Positions 1 through 8,502 of a stretch of DNA of 32,000 nucleotides are shown here, one piece after another. The translations under genes and the position numbers were made by a program. Where the stretch lies: contig CAKTSY010000001.1 of assembly GCA_934613415.1 (NCBI GenBank), positions 330,001 through 362,000 on the forward strand, in the 5' to 3' direction. The stretch comes from an uncultured Opitutales bacterium. Its GTDB lineage: Bacteria > Verrucomicrobiota > Verrucomicrobiia > Opitutales > Intestinicryptomonadaceae. Positions within the stretch are counted from its first letter, which is position 1; the number at the start of each line of letters is the position of its first letter. The notes beneath the pieces were generated by a model. The model saw only the letters and a program-made list of their open reading frames with translations, searched no databases and had not been told where the DNA came from.

Positions 1-63
1 TTCGTCTAAATACGGAGCTAACTGGTTGTATTTGTAGGGAAGTTCTATTACTTTATATTTCAT
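1..63 (-). CDS. Fe/Mn superoxide dismutase, first 21 codons only (gene runs off the window start)
   Basis: Reverse-strand ATG at 63-61 reads MKYKVIELPYKYNQLAPYLDE. LPY-x3-L-x-P is the conserved SOD N-terminus. Absent from the ORF track because it is truncated by the window edge. Confidence 0.45.
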   Translation of the reverse strand, partial: MKYKVIELPYKYNQLAPYLDE

Positions 64-142
64 CAAAAAACATATCGGAACTTTTTTATAGAACTTGACA
101 AATTTGCCGCACAAAAAAGACTAAAAAACAAAAAAATTAACT

Positions 143-424
143 ATGGCTACAAAACTTATATTGGCTTCGCTTAGGATAAAAGGCGGCAAGGAAAGCGAAT
201 TTTTCGAGCTGTTCAACCCAATTGTAGATGCAACCCGAAAAGAGACCGGCTGCATTAGGTACGACATTTTTAGGAATACGCGCAACGACAGAGAATTTAT
301 GTTTGTCGAAGAATATGTAGACGAAGCCGCCTACCAAAGCCACCGCCAAATGCCCTATATGACGCCAATGCGCCCCAAAAGAGACGCCATGGTAGAAAAA
401 TATTTGGGCATTATAGAACGCTAA
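143..424 (+). CDS. ABM-domain (antibiotic biosynthesis monooxygenase / YgiN-like quinol monooxygenase) protein
   Basis: 93-aa ORF of the size and pattern typical of ABM ferredoxin-like fold proteins (ASLRIKGGKESEF..., CIRYDIFRN...REFMFVEEYVDEAAYQSH). Confidence 0.65.
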   Translation: MATKLILASLRIKGGKESEFFELFNPIVDATRKETGCIRYDIFRNTRNDREFMFVEEYVDEAAYQSHRQMPYMTPMRPKRDAMVEKYLGIIER

Positions 425-451
425 CTTGGACTTTGCATTCCGCAATAGGCT

Positions 452-2638
452 TTAAAAAAGCTCCATCTGTTCGGGCGCACAATTTTCGGGCTTTAAGCCG
501 CCTAAAAACTCCGAATATCTTTTAATCCAATCGTTTAGCTTGTCTAAATAATAGCTTTTCGAATAGGGATAATTTTTTGCGTCGTACAATTCAACGGGGC
601 GCGCGTTTTTCCAGTCGGGCTGGCGTTTTTGCGATTCGGTTATGTAGTAGGAAACCTTTTCGCCCGTATGCGGGGGCACAGCAAGCATTAACGCCGCCTG
701 ATACGCCGCCCTTTTTGGCTTTTTATTTGTTTGCACTTCCTTTAAATAGTTAGCAAGCGAGCCCGTTAAATATTCCGACTTTGCCAAAAGCGAAATATCG
801 CACTTGCCGCTTTTAATCTTTTCGGTAAAGTCGGCTACAATGCTTTTCATATCGCCCTTTTTAGCGCCAAGCATTATCGACACAAAGTCGCTTGTAAGCA
901 TTCGCAAAAACGGCTCCATTGCCCTGCTCTTTAACGCCGAACCCTTAACGGATATTTTGCCGCTTTCGCCATCTAGCAAGGCATAGTTTTTTGCCTTGTA
1001 GCAAAACATTGCGCCAAAGCTGCCGTCGTGCTCTAAGCTTACGCCTTCGGGCAAAACATTGCGCGAAGATTCCAAAAGCTTTTCGGGATTTGCAAAATAT
1101 TCGCGGCTGGAAAGGTAAATACCGTCGGTATCTACCTCTAATATAAGGCAGCCTTTGGCTTTAAAAAGAGCAATTAAGTCGCCCAACAAACGCCTGCCAG
1201 TAGACGTAATTTTGTCTGCCAAGGCGCAGTCGCCAAAGCGCGCGCTAGAAAGCCCCAAATATCCGTAAAACGAGTTTATCAAAATCTTGTAGCTTTTTTG
1301 GCGCGCGTCGTATTCGGTTTTTAGGTCTTTGTCGGAGCTTTCTTTTGCAAGTTTTTTATATTTTAGCCTATATTGCCTAAGCTCGGCCAAGCTGGTTAAA
1401 AAAACATTCAGATAGTCGTTTGCAGGAGGCGTGTTTAGCGAAAGCAGCAAGCTTGGGTATAGCGACGCGATGTCGTAGTGCAAAACGTCCTTAAAAACGC
1501 CTTTTTCAAAAATCTCCGACATCGCCCCCGATATATAGCTTTGCTGCGCCATATCGGGCAACTTTGCCGAAGCCGAATAATATTTTTCAAGCAACAACGC
1601 CTCTACCTTTACGCCCGAACCCCTAAGCATACACTCTTGAAATGTCATCGGGAAATTTGCACACTGTGCAAAATAGGTGGGCAACAATAAATCGGCCAAA
1701 CCTTTTGTTTCGCGCAGGTCGTCTAAAAGGTATTTTCTAAAGCTTTCTTTGTCGGTGCGAAAGGCGTCTTTTATATGCGCGCCTTCTATGTAGGTTCTTT
1801 GTGTTTCTTTGCTAATGCCGAAATATAAGGCTGCGTTTTTAAGCGAATACGATTCCAACTCGCGCTTGGAAACGTCGAACATTTGCAGCAAAATGTAGGT
1901 GTCGGCAACGCTGCGCCCCGCAATGTCGAATCGGGGGAAATCGAATGTGCGCTCGGCAATGCTTACCCTGCTTTTGCGCATTTTTACAGAGCCATCGAAC
2001 CTGCCCCATAGGGGCTTTACTTTTAAAAGTTTGCACCTTTTATACAAATAGTCCAAATCGAACTTAAATATATTATGGCCTTCTATTACGTCGGGGTCGA
2101 ACTCAGCAAAGGCATCGTTTAGGTCGCTTAAAAGTTTGCGCTCGGCGTTGTCAGAAAATTCGGATAGCTCTAAAATTTTTGTCTTGCCGTTGCACGAAAT
2201 GCCTATCGCCAAAACCCTGTCTAGCGGGTTTTCGGGGTTCGAAAAGTCGCCCGTGCAGTCGGTTTCAATATCAAGCTGCATACGGCGCAACTGCGAAAAT
2301 TTCATACCCGAAAAAAACCTTGCGCAATTTTCGGTTAAAAACTGGTTTTCTAAATTCGCCAGCCTAAAAGACGAATATTTGTTGTCCTTTAAAAACGCTT
2401 CGTAGTGCCTTATGTTGTCGAAACTTGCTTGGGTGTCTAAATAGGAATTTACGGGACCTTGCAAAGGCTGCATTTTTGCGTTTTGTAGGTTAATTGCATC
2501 TTTTGCGTTTACCCACAAAAATGGGGCAAAGCCCGCTTTGCCGTAGGCGCGCGAACCGTCGGGGTTTGCCGTGCAAATTTCGGCAATGCCTTGCGGCGAA
2601 ATATAAATTCCGCACAGATTTTCGATTGGAGCGTTCAT
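452..2638 (-). CDS. polB: Family B DNA polymerase (Pol II-like) with 3'-5' exonuclease domain
   Basis: 728-aa ORF with ExoI LDIETD, ExoII NIFKFDLDYL, motif A DIASLYPS, motif B KILINSFYGYLG and motif C LEVDTDGIY. Confidence 0.9.
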   Translation of the reverse strand: MNAPIENLCGIYISPQGIAEICTANPDGSRAYGKAGFAPFLWVNAKDAINLQNAKMQPLQGPVNSYLDTQASFDNIRHYEAFLKDNKYSSFRLANLENQFLTENCARFFSGMKFSQLRRMQLDIETDCTGDFSNPENPLDRVLAIGISCNGKTKILELSEFSDNAERKLLSDLNDAFAEFDPDVIEGHNIFKFDLDYLYKRCKLLKVKPLWGRFDGSVKMRKSRVSIAERTFDFPRFDIAGRSVADTYILLQMFDVSKRELESYSLKNAALYFGISKETQRTYIEGAHIKDAFRTDKESFRKYLLDDLRETKGLADLLLPTYFAQCANFPMTFQECMLRGSGVKVEALLLEKYYSASAKLPDMAQQSYISGAMSEIFEKGVFKDVLHYDIASLYPSLLLSLNTPPANDYLNVFLTSLAELRQYRLKYKKLAKESSDKDLKTEYDARQKSYKILINSFYGYLGLSSARFGDCALADKITSTGRRLLGDLIALFKAKGCLILEVDTDGIYLSSREYFANPEKLLESSRNVLPEGVSLEHDGSFGAMFCYKAKNYALLDGESGKISVKGSALKSRAMEPFLRMLTSDFVSIMLGAKKGDMKSIVADFTEKIKSGKCDISLLAKSEYLTGSLANYLKEVQTNKKPKRAAYQAALMLAVPPHTGEKVSYYITESQKRQPDWKNARPVELYDAKNYPYSKSYYLDKLNDWIKRYSEFLGGLKPENCAPEQMELF

Positions 2639-2689
2639 TGCGAATATACTTGAAAACTAATCGGAAATTTACAAACTATTTTTACTTAG

Positions 2690-3355
2690 ATGAAAGAGCT
2701 AAACATCATATTTTTGGGTGCGCCCGGAAGCGGCAAAGGCACAAGAGCCTCCGCTATGAGCGAAATCTTGAACATTCCGCAAGTTGCAACTGGCGATATT
2801 TTCAGAGAAAACTTGAAGAACGGAACCGAACTGGGCAACAAGGCAAAAGCCTATATGGACAAAGGCGAGCTTGTACCCGACGAACTTACAGCCTCGATGG
2901 TTAAAGACCGCCTTCAAAAAGACGACTGCAAAAAAGGCTTTATACTAGACGGTTTTCCCAGAACTTTGCCGCAAGCAGACCTTCTCGAAAAAATGCTGAA
3001 GGAAATGAACAGGGCTATTACAAACGTAATTTATATAGACGTTTCGGAAGACCTTATTTTGGAAAGACTTACAGGCAGAATGATTTGCACAAAGTGCCAA
3101 ACCCCCTACCATGTAAAGTATAATCCGCCAGCGAAAGCCAATGTTTGCGACAAGTGCGGCGCGCCCCTTTATGTACGCGACGACGACAACCCCGAAACCA
3201 TTAAAAAGCGTTTGGCGGTTTTCGAAAAAACCACAAAACCTCTTGTAGACTTCTATAAGAATCAGGGCAAACTTTTCACCCTTTCGGGCGATGCCGACGT
3301 ATCGAACATAAAAGAATACGTTAAGGGCGTTTGCGCCGAATTGAAGTTTATATAA
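2690..3355 (+). CDS. adk: Adenylate kinase (zinc-binding LID type)
   Basis: P-loop GAPGSGKGT, Cys4 LID CTKC...CDKC and DGFPRT motif. Its stop overlaps the next start (TAATG). Confidence 0.95.
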   Translation: MKELNIIFLGAPGSGKGTRASAMSEILNIPQVATGDIFRENLKNGTELGNKAKAYMDKGELVPDELTASMVKDRLQKDDCKKGFILDGFPRTLPQADLLEKMLKEMNRAITNVIYIDVSEDLILERLTGRMICTKCQTPYHVKYNPPAKANVCDKCGAPLYVRDDDNPETIKKRLAVFEKTTKPLVDFYKNQGKLFTLSGDADVSNIKEYVKGVCAELKFI

Positions 3356-4158
3356 TGCGAATTCTCTTTATTGGAGACATTGTCGGCAAGCCCGGGCGCA
3401 AAATTTTGTCCGAGCTATTGCCGAGCATTATTGCCGACAACAAAATAGATTTGTGCATAGCCAACGGCGAAAATTCGGCGGGGGGCAACGGCATTACAAA
3501 AAATATGGCGCAAGAGCTTTTCCGCTACGGTATAGACGCCATAACTTTGGGCGACCATCTGTGGGACCAGCGCTGTTTGGAATCGGAAATAGACACAATA
3601 GACAACCTTTGTAGGCCCGCAAACATACCGCAGGGCAACCCCGGCAAAGAGTATGTTATTGTCGAAAAAAATTCGCTAAAAATAGGCATATTTTGCCTTT
3701 TAGGGCAAACCCTAATGAAGCTTAAGGCCGACTGCCCCTTTAAGTGTGCCGACAGAATTTGCGCCGAACTTAAAGACAAGTGCGACATTATATTTTTGGA
3801 TTTCCACGCGGAAACCAGCTCCGAAAAAATCAGTATGGGCTGGTATTTGAACGGGCGCGTACAGGCCGTTGTGGGCACGCATACGCACATTCCAACAAAC
3901 GACTGCCGCATTTTAGACCAGGGCACAGCCTTTATGACCGACGCGGGAATGACGGGTCCTTGGAAATCGTGCTTGGGAAGAGCTGTAGACCCTATACTTA
4001 AAAAGTTTTTAGACGGCCGCCCCCGCAATTTTATTATGGCAGAAGAAGACCCTCGCATTTGCGCCTGCATAATAGATATAGACGAATCTACCAAAAAGGC
4101 GGTTAAAATTGCGCCTTTTGTAACGCCTGCGTTCGAAAACGGGCAAGCTGCAGAATAA
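3355..4158 (+). CDS. ymdB: YmdB-like metallophosphoesterase (2',3'-cyclic-nucleotide phosphodiesterase family)
   Basis: MRILFIGDIVGKPGR, ANGENSAGGNG, GDH and GTHTHIPT motifs. ATG 3355 (TAATG coupling to adk) is preferred over the track's TTG at 3331. Confidence 0.85.
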   Translation: MRILFIGDIVGKPGRKILSELLPSIIADNKIDLCIANGENSAGGNGITKNMAQELFRYGIDAITLGDHLWDQRCLESEIDTIDNLCRPANIPQGNPGKEYVIVEKNSLKIGIFCLLGQTLMKLKADCPFKCADRICAELKDKCDIIFLDFHAETSSEKISMGWYLNGRVQAVVGTHTHIPTNDCRILDQGTAFMTDAGMTGPWKSCLGRAVDPILKKFLDGRPRNFIMAEEDPRICACIIDIDESTKKAVKIAPFVTPAFENGQAAE

Positions 4159-4182
4159 AATTTTTAGCCGCAAATAAAAAGC

Positions 4183-4218
4183 AAAAATGCCGCACTTTTT
4201 TTAGTGCGGCATTTTTTT
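4183..4218. terminator. Bidirectional intrinsic terminator between ymdB and gpsA
   Basis: 13-bp stem AAAAATGCCGCAC (4183-4195) / GTGCGGCATTTTT (4204-4216) with an 8-nt loop. A-run on one side and T-run on the other, sitting between convergent genes. Confidence 0.8.
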
Positions 4219-4248
4219 GCGGTCGTTTAAAATTTGCCGCTTGGCACA

Positions 4249-5241
4249 CTATGCGCCAAGCATTCTTTTTAGGCAGTCTTCGCGCGAAATTTTGCCTTCC
4301 GATAACATGCAAAGGCTGCCCATTATGCGAAGCTCTACGCCGTAAACCGACTCGAACATTTTGCAGATTTGTATGGTTTCGAGCCCGGCGCACACACGGC
4401 CGTTAAGCATTTTCACGGCTTCGGCGGCACTATAGCCCATACCCATTCTTTCGCCCGTAGAGCGGTTGCGCGAATCGGGGCTCATGCAGGTTGTAAGCAC
4501 ATCGCCCAATATGGCCGATTCTTTTATGAAAGATTCGCTCCATGCGCCGAGGGCGGCGGCGGCTCTGTAAATTTCCTGAAAGCCCCTCGCCATAATTATG
4601 GCCTTTGTGTTTGCGCCAAGCTTCATACCGTCGCAAAAACCGGCGGCCAAGGCAACAATGTTCTTTAATGCCGCACCAATTTCCACACCCACAACATCGT
4701 TTGAAGGACGCACATTAAACGTGTTTGTCGAAAATACCGCAGCCGCATCTTTTGCGTCGGAAAAATCGCTCAGGGCAATAACGGCTTCTGCATAGCTGCC
4801 GCGCGCAACTTCAAACGCAATGTTCGGGCCCATTATCGAGCCGAAGGAATGCCCCTTTGTAAGCTTTTCCTTTAAAATTTGCGAGGGGCGTTTCCATGTG
4901 CCTATTTCTATGCCCTTGCCTGCATTTATGTGAATTGAACCCTCTTTAATGTAGGGCGAAAATTCTTCGGCAACTTTCGACAAAAATTGAATGGGAACCC
5001 CCCAAACGACAATGTCGGCGTCTTTTAAAGCTTCGGCGGCGTTGCCCGTAAAGGCCACATTTTGCGGAATTTTAATGTCGGGCAAAAAGCGTTCGTTGCA
5101 ACGCCTTTCGTTTACCGAGGCTACAACTTCGGGCTCTCTAGCCCAAACCGAAACGTTTTTCAGGTTTTTAGACAGTATTATGGAAAGCGACGTTCCCCAA
5201 GCCCCCGCGCCTATAACCGCGGCTTTTTCAAAAGTTTTCAT
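4249..5241 (-). CDS. gpsA: NAD(P)H-dependent glycerol-3-phosphate dehydrogenase
   Basis: Rossmann VIGAGAWGTSLS and GPNIAFEVARG. Typical 330-aa length. Confidence 0.93.
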   Translation of the reverse strand: MKTFEKAAVIGAGAWGTSLSIILSKNLKNVSVWAREPEVVASVNERRCNERFLPDIKIPQNVAFTGNAAEALKDADIVVWGVPIQFLSKVAEEFSPYIKEGSIHINAGKGIEIGTWKRPSQILKEKLTKGHSFGSIMGPNIAFEVARGSYAEAVIALSDFSDAKDAAAVFSTNTFNVRPSNDVVGVEIGAALKNIVALAAGFCDGMKLGANTKAIIMARGFQEIYRAAAALGAWSESFIKESAILGDVLTTCMSPDSRNRSTGERMGMGYSAAEAVKMLNGRVCAGLETIQICKMFESVYGVELRIMGSLCMLSEGKISREDCLKRMLGA

Positions 5242-5250
5242 TTTAATGTA

Positions 5251-5355
5251 TTAGCAGTGTGTTAGTGTGTAGTATAAAAAATACGACAATATCGCCATAT
5301 AGACAAACCACATAACGATATGCGCCTTTTTTACCTCTTTTCTGAATATTTTCAT
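5251..5355 (-). CDS. Possible 34-aa single-pass membrane peptide (below the ORF-track size cutoff)
   Basis: ATG at 5355, stop at 5251: MKIFRKEVKKAHIVMWFVYMAILSYFLYYTLTHC. It fills the SDR-gpsA gap, 17 nt after the SDR stop and 9 nt before the gpsA ATG. No homology evidence. Confidence 0.3.
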   Translation of the reverse strand: MKIFRKEVKKAHIVMWFVYMAILSYFLYYTLTHC

Positions 5356-5372
5356 AAAAAAATTTACGGCGT

Positions 5373-6185
5373 CTACTTTATACGAATTTTCGACAATATC
5401 AAACCCGAAATTTTCAATATAATGGCTCTGGGCATTTTAGAGGCCAAAAATGCGCCCAAACGGTTTATAAAACCTACAATGTAAAAACTTTTGCCGCAAG
5501 CAAAGGCCTTTAGCGTTTGTTGGGCAACCTCCTTTGCGGTATGCCCGTATGAATTCGGCAACGGCCTTTCGCTAAAGCCAGCGTTTTTGTAGAAATTTGT
5601 GGCAGTTGGCCCCGGGCATATGCACAAAACTTCTACATTTTTGCCCCTAAGCTCGTAGCTAAGCGACTGCGAAAAGCTGCTTACATATGCTTTTGTTGCG
5701 GCATATACCGACAAATACGGGCACGGCTGAAAGGAGGCTGTGCTTGCAATGTTTATAATTGCCCCGCCCTTTTCCTTTAAAACAGGCAAAAATTTGCCGC
5801 ACATATAGGTTAACGCCCTAACGTTTAGGTCTATCATTTCGGCATTGCGCGCCGCATTCGGGGCGGGAAATTCTCCGTATGCGCCGAAGCCCGAATTGTT
5901 TATCAACAAAATTTTTTTGCCTTTTTTTAGTTTTTTAAAAACGTTTTCTTCTAAATATGAGAAAGTTGCGTCTATTTCGCAAATATTCGTTAAATTTGTG
6001 GGAACATTTATAAGGGTTTTGTTGTCGAAAAAAATATCCGATTTAGTACGAGAAATGTTGCAAATAAAAAAGTTTTCATCTACCATTTCGGCTATGGATT
6101 CAACGAGAGCCTTGCCAATTCCAGAACTTGCGCCGGTAATTACGGCGGCTCCGTATTGTTGTAGTTTTTGTTTAAGCGAATTCAT
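5373..6185 (-). CDS. Short-chain dehydrogenase/reductase (SDR) family oxidoreductase
   Basis: VITGASSGIGKAL cofactor motif, NNSG and catalytic YAATK (YxxxK). Confidence 0.9.
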   Translation of the reverse strand: MNSLKQKLQQYGAAVITGASSGIGKALVESIAEMVDENFFICNISRTKSDIFFDNKTLINVPTNLTNICEIDATFSYLEENVFKKLKKGKKILLINNSGFGAYGEFPAPNAARNAEMIDLNVRALTYMCGKFLPVLKEKGGAIINIASTASFQPCPYLSVYAATKAYVSSFSQSLSYELRGKNVEVLCICPGPTATNFYKNAGFSERPLPNSYGHTAKEVAQQTLKAFACGKSFYIVGFINRLGAFLASKMPRAIILKISGLILSKIRIK

Positions 6186-6238
6186 AATAAACCAATTTTT
6201 TAAAATTTCACCTGCAAATAATAATAGAAAGGGAATAA

Positions 6239-6604
6239 ATGAACAATAACGAAATCATAATCTCGGGCAATAATCTTGAACTCACGCAAGCATTGAAAGA
6301 CGACGTGATAAACAAGATGTCCAAGATATTCACTCACGAAGACAAAATCATCAGACTGAGGATAGATCTCGAGTATAGCCCGAACAAACGCAAAGAGAAC
6401 GAATTTATAGCCAAGGGGCGCATAGAAATAAACGGCCCCGATATGATAGTGAGCGCGCAGTCGAACGATATGTATAAGTCTATAGACGAGCTGGCGGTTA
6501 TGCTTGCCCGCAAAATCCGCCGCCGCCACAGACTAAGCCGCATTAAGCGCGACACCGTACAAAACATCGACATTCCCGCCGCCATCCCCAAATCGGCAAA
6601 GTAA
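6239..6604 (+). CDS. hpf: Ribosome hibernation promoting factor / RaiA family (short form with basic tail)
   Basis: IISGNNLELTQALKDDVINKMSKI...IAKGRIEINGPDMIVSAQSNDMYKSIDELAVMLARKIRR resembles the S30AE/HPF fold. SD-like AAAGGGA lies 4 nt upstream. Confidence 0.85.
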   Translation: MNNNEIIISGNNLELTQALKDDVINKMSKIFTHEDKIIRLRIDLEYSPNKRKENEFIAKGRIEINGPDMIVSAQSNDMYKSIDELAVMLARKIRRRHRLSRIKRDTVQNIDIPAAIPKSAK

Positions 6605-6632
6605 AATCATCTAAAAAAACCTGTAAAAAAAC

Positions 6633-6667
6633 AAAAACCTTTCGGAATACGAAAGGTTTTTTTGTTT
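6633..6667. terminator. Bidirectional intrinsic terminator shared by hpf (+) and the AT-rich cassette operon (-)
   Basis: 12-bp stem AAAAACCTTTCG (6633-6644) / CGAAAGGTTTTT (6650-6661) with a 5-nt loop. T-runs follow on both strands. Confidence 0.8.
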
Positions 6668-6735
6668 GATGGGAGGGGGACATAATTCTATGGAAAATAT
6701 ATAAACACACATCCTCGCATGCCAAATGTATCGTA

Positions 6736-8493
6736 TTAGATATCTATTCTAATAGTCTCTTCATCTCTATTTTGAAGCAAGATGAATTTATTTTCATCAG
6801 AACAATCTACTGTACCCCTATAGAAACGACTTGCATCCTTTATAATTGGATATTCCTTCTTATATTTAGAGTATCCGTCATTGCTGATAACTGCAGAATT
6901 TTCTTTCGTACTCGCCTTTTCCAAAACTAATATATCGGCCCGAAATGGAGCCTGAGAATAATGCCTTTTATCTTTTATCATTTCTTCATATAAATTTTTA
7001 TCATCTTCAGATTTTAATATGTGAGGACTTTGGATATCAAAAAAAACTTTATAGTCTAAGTCATGTTCTTGCAGGTAATCTACTATCTTTTGTATATAGA
7101 ATAGAGTCGGAATTTTATCCCCATTCCAATACATCATATTTGTACCATCCAAAATAAATAAACTTCTTTTCTTTATGTTTCTTTGCGCCGATAAGGATTT
7201 AGTTGCATTCTTAACCTTAGCAGGTTGACTGTCATCCACTGAATGCCGCCCAAAGTTGTTTGTATCAACTATTGGAAAAATATCCGCATCGTCTGATATA
7301 GGCCGCCAACGACTCTGCTTATCAATTGGCGCTATACGAGGCTTAGGAGGCATTGGAGGGATTGAAATTGGAGAGGAATTTTGCTTCGAAGAAGATTTAT
7401 CTACAGATTTAAGCTCAACCGCTTGATTATCATTCCCAGTCGACGGACATAATTCATTTTCAGCAACAACAGGAACAACGTCAACATCGTCTGCTACGCT
7501 ATGCAAATTTCTCTGCCCATCAATTGGTGATATACGACGTTTAGATGGGAAAACATACTTGGGAGTTGGTACTGTAACAGAAATATTCTTCTTATCATTA
7601 TCCTTTTCGTTAATTTTTGGTTCAGATAATGGTTTATGAATTATTTCATCCAAAAAACCAGGAACTTCGCGTTCTTCGATATTTTTTTGCCGATATAAAG
7701 GCTTAATAGTAGATTTAGAAGGAATAGGCAAAACACCATCTGCAGACTCATATTCTAACTCGATGCCAACGTCATTTTCATGCTTATTTGTATAATAATC
7801 TTTGATAATTTCCTGTGCCGACGAAAGATTCGCCACGCTAAATGAGTCCTGCAAAATGTTTTTTACAGATTCACGTTTTACCCTAGAAACAAAAGTATTA
7901 GGGGCTTCATTGTAATCTTCTATAATCTTTTCACAAACGCTTGCTGAAACAAAATTCCATTTCTTATCCGTAAAATAATTTTTATGTATATAATTAAAAA
8001 AACTATTCGTATTTACATGGTTTTCTGGAAGTTTCAAAAGTTTTGTTTGTATATCTCGAATATAAATATAGGATACAAACTCATCTGAGTATTTATAACA
8101 TATTCTATATTTTTTAGCCCATTCGTCGTATTTTCCGAAAATAAAGCGTGATTTTTCGCTATCAAATCTTCCGTTTTCTTTTTCTTCCATTTCTGCAATA
8201 TCTGGATTATCTTTGAGAAATGCACAATAATATACTCTCGGAGAAATGGCGCATCCTTTCATTATATCTATTGTAGTAAAAAAATCCCTGCAATACCTTG
8301 AGCCATACACCGTTTTATAAGCGTATATTAATCTATGACACATAAATGAATCTGGCGCATTAGAAAACAAGGATAATTCTTTAAAGTTAAAGAAGGGAAG
8401 ACCACTCCTTCCAGTTAATATTTCTACCATTCTCTCATAGTCCCCCCCTGGGACGAGATCTATTACTCTATTTACATAAACATTGTATATCAT
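6736..8493 (-). CDS. 585-aa protein: unknown N-terminal domain, repeat-containing linker, C-terminal Zc3h12a/NYN-like (PIN-fold) ribonuclease domain
   Basis: C-terminal ~130 aa (nt 6769-7164) carry SLFILDGTNMMYW, YKVFFD, RADILVLEKA and AVISNDGYSKY, matching the DGSN / SND acidic signature of Zc3h12a-type NYN RNases. The ATG lies 9 nt after the upstream stop. Confidence 0.75.
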   Translation of the reverse strand: MIYNVYVNRVIDLVPGGDYERMVEILTGRSGLPFFNFKELSLFSNAPDSFMCHRLIYAYKTVYGSRYCRDFFTTIDIMKGCAISPRVYYCAFLKDNPDIAEMEEKENGRFDSEKSRFIFGKYDEWAKKYRICYKYSDEFVSYIYIRDIQTKLLKLPENHVNTNSFFNYIHKNYFTDKKWNFVSASVCEKIIEDYNEAPNTFVSRVKRESVKNILQDSFSVANLSSAQEIIKDYYTNKHENDVGIELEYESADGVLPIPSKSTIKPLYRQKNIEEREVPGFLDEIIHKPLSEPKINEKDNDKKNISVTVPTPKYVFPSKRRISPIDGQRNLHSVADDVDVVPVVAENELCPSTGNDNQAVELKSVDKSSSKQNSSPISIPPMPPKPRIAPIDKQSRWRPISDDADIFPIVDTNNFGRHSVDDSQPAKVKNATKSLSAQRNIKKRSLFILDGTNMMYWNGDKIPTLFYIQKIVDYLQEHDLDYKVFFDIQSPHILKSEDDKNLYEEMIKDKRHYSQAPFRADILVLEKASTKENSAVISNDGYSKYKKEYPIIKDASRFYRGTVDCSDENKFILLQNRDEETIRIDI

Positions 8494-8502
8494 AACAAAA
8501 AA

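Noticed and set aside
6605-6735. tRNA or tmRNA gene as the integration target at the island edge (also checked 11906-11921 and 12741-12820)
   Set aside because: No cloverleaf-compatible sequence or T-loop GTTCGAATC-like motif is seen in any intergenic segment. The left edge is simply the hpf terminator.
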